NCBI GenBank assembly: GCA_963665295.1
Contig: OY762209.1
Span: forward strand, 4,576,001 to 4,640,000
Direction of reading: 5' to 3'
Source of the DNA: Syntrophorhabdaceae bacterium
GTDB taxonomy: Bacteria; Desulfobacterota; Syntrophorhabdia; Syntrophorhabdales; Syntrophorhabdaceae
DNA: 64,000 bases
Made by a program: the position numbers and the translations under genes. Shown piece by piece: positions 10,017 through 20,087 of this stretch. The notes beneath the pieces were generated by a model. The model was not told where the DNA came from and made no database searches. It was given only the letters and a program-made list of their open reading frames with translations. Position 1 is the first letter of the stretch. Each line of letters starts with the position of its first letter.

Positions 10017-10475
10017 ATGCTGAAGCCCACAAAGATACTTGTACCGACAGACTTTTCCGAGTATTCGGACAAGGCGCTGAAGCAGGCCCTGGATATTGCG
10101 AAGGAGTATAATGCCAAGGTCTACGTCCTGCACGTGCTCGATCAGAAACTGCAAAGCACGATGACCGGTGACCATTCGGAGCTGGTGGTCAACCTTAATG
10201 AGATACAGAGGATGGAAAAGGACCTGATGAACAGGGCCCGGGAAAGGTTACACAAACAGATCGAACAGTTTACGGAGTGCAGGAGCGTTCAGTTGATCCA
10301 GAAAGTGGCAAATGGTATCCCTTACGAAGAAATACTCCGTGAGCAGGAAGACCTCGGCATTGACTTGATTGTGATTGCATCGCTCGGCAGGTCGGCAGTC
10401 GCCAAGTTCCTGATAGGCAGTGTGGCGAACAATGTCCTGAGGGGAGCGAAGTGCCCGGTGCTCCTCACGAAATAG
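10017..10475 (+). CDS. Universal stress protein (UspA family)
   Basis: KILVPTDFS...GSVANNVLRGAKCPVL; AAGGAGG RBS. Confidence 0.93.
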   Translation: MLKPTKILVPTDFSEYSDKALKQALDIAKEYNAKVYVLHVLDQKLQSTMTGDHSELVVNLNEIQRMEKDLMNRARERLHKQIEQFTECRSVQLIQKVANGIPYEEILREQEDLGIDLIVIASLGRSAVAKFLIGSVANNVLRGAKCPVLLTK

Positions 10476-10494
10476 GCGCACCCTCTCCCCCGCG

Positions 10495-10695
10495 GAATAT
10501 CCATCCGTAACGGGGAGGTCCGCCCCCTTCGAACTCACGTGCTTCCGGATCGCCCGGGAGGCGCCGACCAATATTGTCCGCCATTCCAATGTAAAGAACG
10601 TGCGTGTAGGCTTGGAAAAGACCGATCGGGAATTCCATCTCAAGATGGAAGATATCCATGCCCGTTTCCCCCTGGAAGTGGCCGGCGACAAATAA
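10495..10695 (+). pseudogene. Remnant of a NarX/HisKA_3-type histidine kinase ATPase domain
   Basis: Own translation: CFRIAREAPTNIVRHSNVKNVRVGLEKTDREFHLKMED-IHARFPL. This matches the N-box FRIxQEALTNxxRH, but the G-boxes are deleted and there is no start codon. Confidence 0.6.
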
Positions 10696-10794
10696 ATCCC
10701 CTCCATACCGCTTCTTCCGGGGAACCCCTTAAGTCCTGTCACATATGAGCCGACAAAGGCTAGAGGGGACTTTTCCGCTCAAAAGGAGGATATT

Positions 10795-11202
10795 ATGGCA
10801 CTGATCGATTGGAACAGCAGTTTGAGTGTTAACGTGGCGGAAATCGACCTGCAACACCAAAGGCTTGTCGCTATGATCAACGAATTGAACGCCGCCATGA
10901 AACAGGGGAAAGGGAAGGATCTGCTGGGCAGGATTATCAACGACCTCTATAGGTATGCGGGAAACCACTTTCAAACCGAGGAAAAATACTTCGCCCTCTT
11001 CAAGTACCCTGACGCTGCCGGCCATAAGGCCAAGCATGAGGATTTCGTAAAAACGGTTTCCGAGTTCAAAAGCGGCTATGAGAGCGGCAAAGTGGCTTTG
11101 ACCGTGGAAATAATGACTTTCCTGAAGAACTGGCTGAAGGGCCATATCCAGGGAGATGACAGGAAATACGGTCCTTTCTTTAACGAAAAAGGCCTGAAAT
11201 GA
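10795..11202 (+). CDS. Bacteriohemerythrin
   Basis: IDLQH, HFQTEE, HKAKH, WLKGHIQGDD di-iron ligands. Confidence 0.93.
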   Translation: MALIDWNSSLSVNVAEIDLQHQRLVAMINELNAAMKQGKGKDLLGRIINDLYRYAGNHFQTEEKYFALFKYPDAAGHKAKHEDFVKTVSEFKSGYESGKVALTVEIMTFLKNWLKGHIQGDDRKYGPFFNEKGLK

Positions 11203-11226
11203 CGAAGGGGATCACGCCCCGGCGGA

Positions 11227-12132
11227 CTAAAAACCTCCCCAGAGGTAATCCTCCCTGGGATTGGGGTATTCGTCCTCCAACCATCTCCTGACAGCCCGTT
11301 CCATGTATTGGAGTCTCGGCGAGACGATGCACTCCCCGGTCATGACATGGTATTCGAGGGAGCACGATTCTTTCTCTCCATGCCCTGCGGACACCACGAA
11401 TATGTCGCTCTCGTGCTTCATGGACCCCCGAATCCTTCTCACCCTGTCAAAATCCGTGACCTCGCCCCGGATGTGATACGCGGTTTTCCCTTCGTCCCTG
11501 TAAATCGTCCTGATGCAGCATTCAGGCAGGGGTTCGGGTTGAAACCCGGGCAGCATATCTTCTATCTGTTCGATAATCTCCGACCGGCATTGCCGCTCCG
11601 GCGCGGAGCCATCCCGCCATCTGCCTCTTTCCGGTTCGTAGAGGTGGCGTTTTCCATCGAAGAAGACCAGCACCTCGTAGATTTCCGCGTATTCGTCGTA
11701 ATCGTCCGCAAACACGGTAAGTCTCCTGCCCCGGACAAAGGCTGTCGCTTTGTGAGAGTAAAGATAAAAACCCTTTGCCGCCTTCGCCGCCTCATCGAGC
11801 GCCTCCCGGTACTCTCTGAATACCTCCGGCAGTCCGCCTCCCTCGAACATCTGCCCTACGAGGTGCCGACAGAGCCTGCGGGGATCGTCCAACCGATAGC
11901 CCGTCCTGTATCCGGTAAAATCGGGACACGAGCACGTAAGAGATGACCGGGCTTCCCGGTCCGGGGATTTTTGGCGGGAACCCCGTCCCGTCAGGACATA
12001 CAGACTATGGCCCATTCCTGACCAGCCACGCGAAACCCAGCCCTTCCTTGCGCCGGCGGGCAGCCTCCAGTAATCGTAGAGCACCCATACCACAAGGGCT
12101 GCTAAAGATATTACGACTAACGCGCCGCCCAT
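11227..12132 (-). CDS. Membrane-anchored hypothetical protein with SWIM-type zinc finger
   Basis: N-terminal hydrophobic helix; CSCPDF...RLCRH (CxC-xn-CxH). Confidence 0.65.
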   Translation of the reverse strand: MGGALVVISLAALVVWVLYDYWRLPAGARKGWVSRGWSGMGHSLYVLTGRGSRQKSPDREARSSLTCSCPDFTGYRTGYRLDDPRRLCRHLVGQMFEGGGLPEVFREYREALDEAAKAAKGFYLYSHKATAFVRGRRLTVFADDYDEYAEIYEVLVFFDGKRHLYEPERGRWRDGSAPERQCRSEIIEQIEDMLPGFQPEPLPECCIRTIYRDEGKTAYHIRGEVTDFDRVRRIRGSMKHESDIFVVSAGHGEKESCSLEYHVMTGECIVSPRLQYMERAVRRWLEDEYPNPREDYLWGGF

Positions 12133-12458
12133 CTTGCCCCTGCCTCGACGGGCCCGGCGCGTGAATCATCGCGAAGGCTACCGGTCGCCGATTTTTTTGC
12201 GTGGAATAACCATAGTTTGTCTAATGTAAAATTGGATAATCCTATAAGAAAGCAGCGCGACATGCTCTTCTACTCCGCTTGGAGGCTTTACCGCTCTCCA
12301 CCCGCCGTCACTGCCCATGCGGCCTGACCTGGTCCGGAAAACCGGTATTGTCTCTTATAGAATGTTCTCATAAGACCGTGCCTTTGTCAACCCTTTTTGC
12401 CGCGAATAATGTGTTGTAATCCCCATTGATCTGTAATAGAATGACCGTCAATCGTCAT

Positions 12459-14615
12459 ATGGCAACCCACGCCCGCCCGAAGCTCCATAGGAAGAACGTC
12501 ACCAGGAACACGTTGTTTTGGTGTCTGGTCACCCTTTGCGTCGTGAGTTTTTTCCTGTCCCTCACATTCATTGCCGGCCACTTCTCCTATAAGCGCCGCA
12601 TCGCGGAAAATACCAGGAATCAGGCGATCTTTCAAACCGCCAAGGCAGCGGAAAATGTTAACGCCGCATTCGCGCGTCACATGTCAACGGCTAATGAAAT
12701 AGCGAAAGACCTCACCGAAGGCAGACTGTCCCGGGAAGAAGTCATGGCAAAGGTCAGGGATAAGGTAAACCGTAATCCCCACATACACGGCATTGCCATT
12801 GCCTATAAGCCCTATGCCTTCAGTCCGGGAACAAGGCTCCATGCGCCCTATTATTCGAGGAAGCTCGACAAACTCCAACTCATCGGGGTGGAGTCGCTCT
12901 ACGACTATACAAAGCCGGAATGCGATTGGTTCTCCTTGCCCCTTGAACAAGGCGCCTCCTGGATCGAGCCCTATTTCGGACAGGCCGGCGGCGCCCTCAT
13001 GACGACCTATTCCGTCCCTTTTCACAAGACCGACCCTGCGACCAACAGCAAGGTGCCCATCGGCGTGGTTGCCCTTGACATATCCCTCGACGAGGTAAAG
13101 AAGATAGTCGAGTCCATCGATCTGGGGTCCGGCGGATATGGGGCGGTGATATCAAAGAAAGGGATTTACCTGTACCACCCCAGCTACGAGTTCGTAAGGG
13201 ACCGAAAAACGGTCCGGGAAGTGGCGGCAAAATTCAACGATAGAGACCGGGTCCTCGCCGCCGAAAAGGCCCTGACCGGCGAAAGAGGGCTTATCGATCA
13301 CAAGAGCGTCACTACAGGATATTCCTCCTGGCTTGCATTCGAGCCCATACCCTCCACCAATTGGTCGCTTCACGGCACCTTCATCAAGGACGACGTGCCC
13401 GTCGATTTCGATGTTATGCGCCGGCAATTGATGCGCGTAGTCCTTGCATCGATGATCTTCTTCCTATCCCTCCTGTCCCTCGTTCTTAAGATCTACCAGG
13501 GGGATAACGGCAAGCTCTGGAAGGCGTCCGCCATAGGTTCGGCCATATTTCTGGCCGGCATAGGCCTTGTCTGGCAACTCGCCCTCTCCTACGACTCGGA
13601 CGTACAGGTCAAGGGAACAAAGATAGGGGCCCGGATCAACCTTGCCAACTTTGTCCACTCCTACGACAGGAAGTCGGTCGATGCCCAGGGGACTGCCCCT
13701 CTATACGTTCCCACGGGTATTTTCGTGCACTCCATGGAGTTCTCCGGAGTGAACAAACTCATGGTAAACGGGTTTATCTGGCAAAAGTATAACGACACCT
13801 TTACGGGGATCGAAAGAGGGTTCCTTCTCCCCGATGCGGTGGACGAGGCTGCCATCAAACAGGTATATTCCGGCAAGGCGGGTAATGCGACGGTAATCGG
13901 TTGGCATTTCTCCGCGACCCTTTACGAGCATTTTGACTACTCGAGTTACCCCGTAGACCATGAAACCATAAAGATACGCATAGCCCCTAAGGATATGGGC
14001 AAAAACGTGGTGTTCATCCCTGACCTCGATTCATACAAACTCTTGAGCCCCGGCGTTCTTCCCGGCCTGGATAAAGAATTCGTCCTTCCGGACTGGAAGA
14101 TCAAGGGCACCTTCTTCGAACTCAGATCGAGGGCCTATAATACCAATTTCGGGATCAAGAGCCATCTCGGACAGGACAGCTTTCCTATGCTCTACTTCAA
14201 TATCACCATAGTAAGAAACCTCATGGATGCGTTTATCCGCAATATGACGCCCCTCATTATCGTGGTTTTGCTTCTCTTCGCCGTAATGTTCATTTCCACC
14301 GAAGAAAGAATGTCCAAAAAGTTCTCCATGGACATCGGGGAAAATCTCGTCTTCGTAGGGTCGATGTTCTTTGTCCTGGTCTTTACCCATATCAGCACCA
14401 GGGCGAGGATTCCGACCCAGGAGATATTCTACCTTGAATACTTCTATTTCACCATGTATATCGCCCTTTTGTGGGTCCCTATAAGCTCCATCCTGTTCGT
14501 TACGGGCAGCAACATGTTTTATGTGCAATACAAGGATAACCTTATATCGAAGCTGCTGTACTGGCCCTTGATACTGGGCGGGCTCTTTGCCATCAGCTTC
14601 ATCACTTTCTACTGA
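12459..14615 (+). CDS. Cache-domain-fused pentameric ligand-gated ion channel (Pro-loop receptor) homolog
   Basis: TM, then dCache (YDYTKPECDWF, WIEPYF, TYSVP, GVVALDI, G.YLYHP), then 2 TM, then pLGIC ECD (VPTGIFVHSM, NGFIWQKY, Pro-loop DYSSYPVD), then 4 TM. Start could be 12426, 12441 or 12459. Confidence 0.75.
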   Translation: MATHARPKLHRKNVTRNTLFWCLVTLCVVSFFLSLTFIAGHFSYKRRIAENTRNQAIFQTAKAAENVNAAFARHMSTANEIAKDLTEGRLSREEVMAKVRDKVNRNPHIHGIAIAYKPYAFSPGTRLHAPYYSRKLDKLQLIGVESLYDYTKPECDWFSLPLEQGASWIEPYFGQAGGALMTTYSVPFHKTDPATNSKVPIGVVALDISLDEVKKIVESIDLGSGGYGAVISKKGIYLYHPSYEFVRDRKTVREVAAKFNDRDRVLAAEKALTGERGLIDHKSVTTGYSSWLAFEPIPSTNWSLHGTFIKDDVPVDFDVMRRQLMRVVLASMIFFLSLLSLVLKIYQGDNGKLWKASAIGSAIFLAGIGLVWQLALSYDSDVQVKGTKIGARINLANFVHSYDRKSVDAQGTAPLYVPTGIFVHSMEFSGVNKLMVNGFIWQKYNDTFTGIERGFLLPDAVDEAAIKQVYSGKAGNATVIGWHFSATLYEHFDYSSYPVDHETIKIRIAPKDMGKNVVFIPDLDSYKLLSPGVLPGLDKEFVLPDWKIKGTFFELRSRAYNTNFGIKSHLGQDSFPMLYFNITIVRNLMDAFIRNMTPLIIVVLLLFAVMFISTEERMSKKFSMDIGENLVFVGSMFFVLVFTHISTRARIPTQEIFYLEYFYFTMYIALLWVPISSILFVTGSNMFYVQYKDNLISKLLYWPLILGGLFAISFITFY

Positions 14616-14724
14616 CGGCACGGCGAAACACGGGCGGGTGCCTTCCCTTTTCCCGCTTTTGTCTCTATATTCACTCAGAGCCATAAGGAAGACAATCACG
14701 GCGTAATGCCCTGAAGGAGGAATC

Positions 14725-14922
14725 ATGAAAACAACGGAACTTACATTACCGGAACTCGCCGTCATAAGCGGCACCCGGGCGATGCTGGGCGCCGGCACGG
14801 CGCTGCTCCTCGGAGACAGTTTGAAGGAGGAGCAGAAGAAAGCGGTGGGGTGGACCCTATTGCTCATCGGCGCGATCAGCACAATCCCCCTCGCAATAGG
14901 CCTCTTTACGAGGAAGAGGTAA
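14725..14922 (+). CDS. Small two-helix membrane protein
   Basis: AAGGAGG RBS; two hydrophobic segments. Confidence 0.7.
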   Translation: MKTTELTLPELAVISGTRAMLGAGTALLLGDSLKEEQKKAVGWTLLLIGAISTIPLAIGLFTRKR

Positions 14923-14927
14923 CCACC

Positions 14928-15926
14928 CTATCTCATCGCGCCTCCGGGCGTCCAGAGATAATAGAAGCCGGGTTCAAAGGCGGGCGTGACTTCCGGGAGG
15001 TTCAATTCCACGGAGGATATGGCCGGTCCGTTGTATCCCGAGACTGAAGTGTTGTACACACTGTCGTTCGGATACTTCGCGCGGCGGTATACCACGACCT
15101 TTGCGTCCTTTGGCAATCCGGCCAGTTCCTTGGCTTCCAGGATAGCGTCTTTCACGTACCCTATCCTGTCAATGAGTCTCAATTGCAACGCCTCGTCGGC
15201 GAGGTAAATGCGGGCGCCCGCGATTTCGGTCATGGCCTCGGTACCGGTCTTTCTGTGCTCCGCCACCTTATCCCTGAACTTTTTGCCTAATGCGTCCGTC
15301 AGTCCCTGAAGAATCCGTTGCTCCTCCGGGGTGGACGGACGGAATGGTGACCCTATGTCCTTCTCTCTGCCCGACTTGCTCACTTCAACGGCGAGACCGA
15401 GCTTATCCATAAGGCCCTTCACTTTCGGCACCATGAAGATGACCCCCACCGATCCGGTAATACTGGTGGGGTGGGCCACAATCCGGTCCGCGGGCAGCGC
15501 AACGTAATAGCCCCCGGACGCCGCCACGTCCATGAGAACTGCCACTACCTTCGTTTTGGTCCGGACCTTGTATTCCATGATTTCATGATACAGAATATCG
15601 CTCGCCGTGGCGGAGCCGCCTGGTGAGTTGATTTCGAGGAGCACTGCCTTGATGTCTTCATCCTTCTCGGCAAGCCGGAGCGCCGCAACGATTTCTTCGA
15701 CGACGCTCGAATTGTCGCTCAGGAAACCCTTCCGCGGAGCATCCGAGAGAAAACCCCTCACAGGAATGACAAGGACCTTGCCCGCCCCTCTGCCTTCAAG
15801 GGTGTATTCCTTTAGGGGCTGCTTCTTGGATTCGGCCCCGATATTGACATGGAGACCACCACACCCGGCCCCGAAAAAGACTGTGCCCACTAATAAAAGG
15901 ATCAAAGAAAATCTCCGTTTTTCCAT
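14928..15926 (-). CDS. sppA: Signal peptide peptidase SppA (peptidase S49), lipoprotein-like N-terminus
   Basis: INSPGGS, AASGGYY, TGSVGV, KSGREKD; FFGAGC lipobox. Confidence 0.92.
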   Translation of the reverse strand: MEKRRFSLILLLVGTVFFGAGCGGLHVNIGAESKKQPLKEYTLEGRGAGKVLVIPVRGFLSDAPRKGFLSDNSSVVEEIVAALRLAEKDEDIKAVLLEINSPGGSATASDILYHEIMEYKVRTKTKVVAVLMDVAASGGYYVALPADRIVAHPTSITGSVGVIFMVPKVKGLMDKLGLAVEVSKSGREKDIGSPFRPSTPEEQRILQGLTDALGKKFRDKVAEHRKTGTEAMTEIAGARIYLADEALQLRLIDRIGYVKDAILEAKELAGLPKDAKVVVYRRAKYPNDSVYNTSVSGYNGPAISSVELNLPEVTPAFEPGFYYLWTPGGAMR

Positions 15927-16032
15927 CCTGTCTCCTCCTTGCCCGTCCCCCGGGGTCACACCCTCCCCATCGGGACGCATCTCTAGATTATTTTCGGAGT
16001 GGTAAGCCTGTCAAGAAGAATCGCCGCCACTC

Positions 16033-19000
16033 TCATATTACTTCCGGTGCGAAGCCACGGCGCGCGGTGTTTTCCGTTACCACTCTCGAGTCCATGAAGT
16101 GCAGGAGGTACTCCGGACCACCCGCTTTCGTTCCCAATCCTGAAAGTCTGAAACCTCCGAAGGGCTGGCGCTCGACCAGGGCCCCCGTGATAGGGCGGTT
16201 CAAATAGAGGTTCCCCACTCTGAATCTACGCCCCGCCTCTTCCAGATTTCGCGGGCTTCGACTGTAAACGCCGCCCGTCAGCGCGAATCGGGTCGAGTTG
16301 GCCCACCGGAGGGCCTCGTCAAAAGTCTTCACCTTCATAACGGCAAGGACAGGGCCGAATATCTCCTCTTCGGCAATTACATGCCCGGGGAGAATGTCTC
16401 CTACGATGGTGATGGGCACATAGTTGGCTCCTCCGGGGGTTGCCCCTGAAAAGAGTATCTTTCCTTCCTGCCGGGCGATCCCGATATATTTCATTATCCT
16501 CGCCCGGGACGCGTCATCGGCTACAGGCCCTACGCTGAAAGCGGGGTCGTCGGCGGGTCCAACACCCAGGGCCCTCGCGGCTTCTATCAGCCGCTCCACG
16601 AAGGTATCATAAATGGAGGAAAGGACTATCACGCGGGAGCACGACGAACATTTCTGACCCTGAAATCCGAAAGCCGAAGTGAGGACTCCGGGAATGGCCT
16701 CGTCCAGGTTGGCATCCGCATCGACAATGATGGCGTTCTTGCCGCCCATTTCCGCGATCACCCTCTTTACATACCCTTGCCCCTCAGCGACAACGGCCGC
16801 CTTTTCCACAATGGCGAGACCCACCCGGGTAGACCCCGTGAAGGCGATGGTACTCACCATGGGATGGTCGGTCAAATACTCGGCGATCACCTCCGTCCTG
16901 CCCGGCAGAAAATTGAATACCCCGCGAGGGAGACCCGCCTCGCGGAAGGCATCCGCAAGTTGACGGCCTGTAACCGGAGTCAGAGGGGACGGCTTGTAGA
17001 CCACAGAGTTGCCCGTGACGATGGCCGCCGACACCATACCGCTGCTGATGGCGAGAGGAAAATTCCACGGCGCGATCACTACAGTCACACCCCTGGGCTC
17101 ATAGAAATAATGGTTTGATTCCCCCGGGGGCGACGGGAGACGCCTTGCCGTTCCCAGGCGCACCATCTCGCGGGCGTAGTATTCCATGAAGTCGATCGCC
17201 TCGGCCACGTCCGCCGATGCCTGGTCCCATTGTTTTCCTATCTCCAGGACCTGCCCGGCCGCAAGTTCGTATCTTCTGGAACGCAAGGCCGCCGCCGCCT
17301 TAAGAAGAACGCACGCCCTTTCATCGGCCTTCGTATCCCGCCATGTCTCGAAACTCTCCCCCGCCGCCCGGATGGCGTCCTCAGCCTCCTCTATGCCTGC
17401 CTGACAGACATGTGCGATTACCTCACCGGGATCGGCCGGGTTCAGGGAAGGGACCGTATCGGAAGTCGTCATGTCTTTGCCGTCGATAAAGAGGGGACAA
17501 GTCTTCCCCAGGTTGCGGCGCACCGAAGCCAGGGCTTCTGCAAAGAACTCCCTTTCCTTTTTCTTCGTGAAATCGGAGGGAGGTTGGTTCTTGAAAAGCC
17601 CCATGACGCACGACGTATCACGGGTCCCCTTGTCCCCCTCCTGTGCTCTCGAAGACACACCTCCGGCGGTCTTGCACTGGGCGTCCGATGGGTCCCGGAG
17701 GAGGCTCGCCATGTCGGCCCCCTCGGCAAACATGAGGCGGAGGAAACTCTGGTTGGCCGTATTCTCGAGCAAGCGGCGCACCAGGTACGCTATGCCGGGC
17801 ACAATCGGACCCAAAGGGCAGTAAACCCGTACCCTGCCTCCCGGGCCGACGAGGGTTCTCAGTACAGGCTCGGCCATCCCGTAGAGTACCTGGAACTCGT
17901 AACGGTCCTGGGGAACGCCCATATGGTCCGCCATCTCAAGGACCGCGGCGATGGAACGGATATTGTGTGAACCGCATGCCAGATAGGAGGTCTCATGGTT
18001 CTCGAGGATCAGACGGGCATGCCGCTCAAAAGCGGCATCCGTTTCCGCCTTTCCTGTGTAAACCGGTACCTCCCACCCGTTCTGCCGCGCCCGCATGATC
18101 TCGTAGTCCCAGTACGCGCCTTTGATCAACCTGATGCTGATGGGCAACCCATGTTGCCGCGCCCAGCCAAGAAGGTCCCGGAGGTCCCGGTCCGTATCGG
18201 GGAGATAAGCCTGCATGGCGATGCCCAGGTGCGGGTAATCCGGGTATTCCAGTCGAAGTCTCCTGTAGACCTCCAGGAAGATATCCTTGTCCTGGTATGA
18301 TTCCATATCGATGGTCAACGCCCCTCTTACGCGGATCACCTTCTCATACACCCCCCGAAGGCGTCCAAGAATGCCCGTAACGGATCCCTCGAAATCCAGG
18401 GGCCTCGTCTGAGAGTAAAGAGAGCTTGGCTTGAGGGACACACTGATCCTGGGGGCGTACCCCCAGTCAAGCGTGGTTCCGCGGCCGTTCAGGGATGTCC
18501 AACCCGCCGCGGCCTTTTCCAGCGTGTCAAGGAGGGAGATGTAGAGATCCGCGTACTGTTCGGCCTCTCTTTCACTCAAGACGGCTTCACCGAGTATGTC
18601 AATGGAAAAAGCGCACCCCGAACGCCTTATCCGCGACAGGCCCTTGAGGCTTTGAGCAGCCGTTCCCCCCACTATGAACTGCTTTCCAAGTTTGTTGATA
18701 CTATAGCGGATGGCGCTACCCAGAAAGGCCGCCCCCACCCAACCCGTCTGTTGGGCAACCCGTGTGCCCAGGCGCAAGGCCACAGGTAACGACGGGTCCT
18801 GATTATCGAAATACTCACCGAGATGGCGGGTAAGCAGACGAGACGTGGTAAGAGAAGGAAAAACATCGACAAAGCGAAGCAGCCTGGTACGGAAGTCGTC
18901 ATGCCTGAGAGACCAGTCCATCATCCGGCCCACCCACCGGCCCGTTTCGAAGACGGAGGGTTTCTTCCCTTCCATAGACTTAAACAGTTCCTCGCCCCGC

Positions 19001-19035
19001 CCTATTATTCTCAGATTCAGTTCGTCCCGGTCCAT
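16033..19035 (-). CDS. putA: Bifunctional proline dehydrogenase / P5C dehydrogenase
   Basis: DILGEA, RLIKGAYWD, YLVRRLLEN, then ALDH motifs IAPWNFP, FTGS, EMGGKN, GQKCS, EEIFGP. Confidence 0.95.
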   Translation of the reverse strand: MDRDELNLRIIGRGEELFKSMEGKKPSVFETGRWVGRMMDWSLRHDDFRTRLLRFVDVFPSLTTSRLLTRHLGEYFDNQDPSLPVALRLGTRVAQQTGWVGAAFLGSAIRYSINKLGKQFIVGGTAAQSLKGLSRIRRSGCAFSIDILGEAVLSEREAEQYADLYISLLDTLEKAAAGWTSLNGRGTTLDWGYAPRISVSLKPSSLYSQTRPLDFEGSVTGILGRLRGVYEKVIRVRGALTIDMESYQDKDIFLEVYRRLRLEYPDYPHLGIAMQAYLPDTDRDLRDLLGWARQHGLPISIRLIKGAYWDYEIMRARQNGWEVPVYTGKAETDAAFERHARLILENHETSYLACGSHNIRSIAAVLEMADHMGVPQDRYEFQVLYGMAEPVLRTLVGPGGRVRVYCPLGPIVPGIAYLVRRLLENTANQSFLRLMFAEGADMASLLRDPSDAQCKTAGGVSSRAQEGDKGTRDTSCVMGLFKNQPPSDFTKKKEREFFAEALASVRRNLGKTCPLFIDGKDMTTSDTVPSLNPADPGEVIAHVCQAGIEEAEDAIRAAGESFETWRDTKADERACVLLKAAAALRSRRYELAAGQVLEIGKQWDQASADVAEAIDFMEYYAREMVRLGTARRLPSPPGESNHYFYEPRGVTVVIAPWNFPLAISSGMVSAAIVTGNSVVYKPSPLTPVTGRQLADAFREAGLPRGVFNFLPGRTEVIAEYLTDHPMVSTIAFTGSTRVGLAIVEKAAVVAEGQGYVKRVIAEMGGKNAIIVDADANLDEAIPGVLTSAFGFQGQKCSSCSRVIVLSSIYDTFVERLIEAARALGVGPADDPAFSVGPVADDASRARIMKYIGIARQEGKILFSGATPGGANYVPITIVGDILPGHVIAEEEIFGPVLAVMKVKTFDEALRWANSTRFALTGGVYSRSPRNLEEAGRRFRVGNLYLNRPITGALVERQPFGGFRLSGLGTKAGGPEYLLHFMDSRVVTENTARRGFAPEVI

Positions 19036-19271
19036 CTTCCTCCTTGAGTTGAGAAATTTTCTTTCCGTCCTATGAATATAAGTCTTGGGAAACAGCGCGT
19101 GCAAGCTCGTGGAAGGGCTTGCGAGCAGCCGGAGTTGCGGCCGGGAGCGACCGCCATGCGCGCTTGATTCCTTATCCTTGACTTTGCCTTCCGTCTGCCG
19201 TAATATCGTCCCATGACGCGCCGCCTGCGGATGGGCAGCACGTACAGGTCATCACGTAACCTGGAGGAGAT

Positions 19272-19928
19272 GTGAGGACAACCTTATTCTTGTCGGATGA
19301 TCACGTTATGGTCAGGGAGGGCCTCCGGTTGTTTCTGGACGGCCAGCCTGGGTTCAACGTCATAGGGCAGGCCTCTGATGGACACGAAACAGTCAGGCAG
19401 GTGCTCAGGCTCAAGCCCGATGTGGTGATTATGGACGTCATGATGCCCGAGCTTAACGGCATCGACGCAACGCGGAAGATTTGCGAGGCAATTCCGTCGG
19501 CAAAGGTGATTATCCTTTCCATGTACGCGAGCAATGAGCACGTTTTTCGCGCCTTCAAGGCGGGGGCGAGCGGGTACGTCCTGAAAGAGATGGCCGGCGA
19601 AGAGCTTGTCCGTGCAATAGAGACGGTTCGCTCGGGAAAACGTTACATTTGTGAAAACATTTCAGGACCCCTCATAGATGACTACATAAAGTACCGGCTG
19701 GCAAACGGAAAACCCGACGATCTCGAACAGTTGAGCGAGAGGGAGCGCGAAGTGCTCCAACTGGTGGCTGAAGGCAATTCGAACAAGCAGATTTCCGGGA
19801 AACTCTCCCTTTCTCCAAGCACGGTGGCAAGCTACCGCTCGCGAATGAAGCAGAAGCTCGGCATAGACGATATATCGGAACTGATCAAATTTGCCATCAG
19901 GCATGGCCTGACATCGGTGAAGGAATAG
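19272..19928 (+). CDS. NarL/FixJ-family response regulator (REC + LuxR HTH)
   Basis: DDH, MDVMMP, GYVLK; LSEREREVLQLVAEG. Confidence 0.93.
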   Translation: MRTTLFLSDDHVMVREGLRLFLDGQPGFNVIGQASDGHETVRQVLRLKPDVVIMDVMMPELNGIDATRKICEAIPSAKVIILSMYASNEHVFRAFKAGASGYVLKEMAGEELVRAIETVRSGKRYICENISGPLIDDYIKYRLANGKPDDLEQLSEREREVLQLVAEGNSNKQISGKLSLSPSTVASYRSRMKQKLGIDDISELIKFAIRHGLTSVKE

Positions 19929-20087
19929 AGACCTCCTCAATAAGGACTCTCGCCACAATCTCTCCCGCATCTATCTTCTTGTACGCGTAAAAGACGTCCC
20001 TGTACGCAAGGACGGTGGCAATCCCTATCTCGCCGTATCCTCCGAGAACCAGGATATTCTTTCCTTTGATCTCCATTGAATTCCTCC

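Noticed and set aside
12353..12375. Imperfect palindrome upstream of the channel gene
   Set aside because: Bulged and AT-rich, with no second copy seen; too weak to call an operator.
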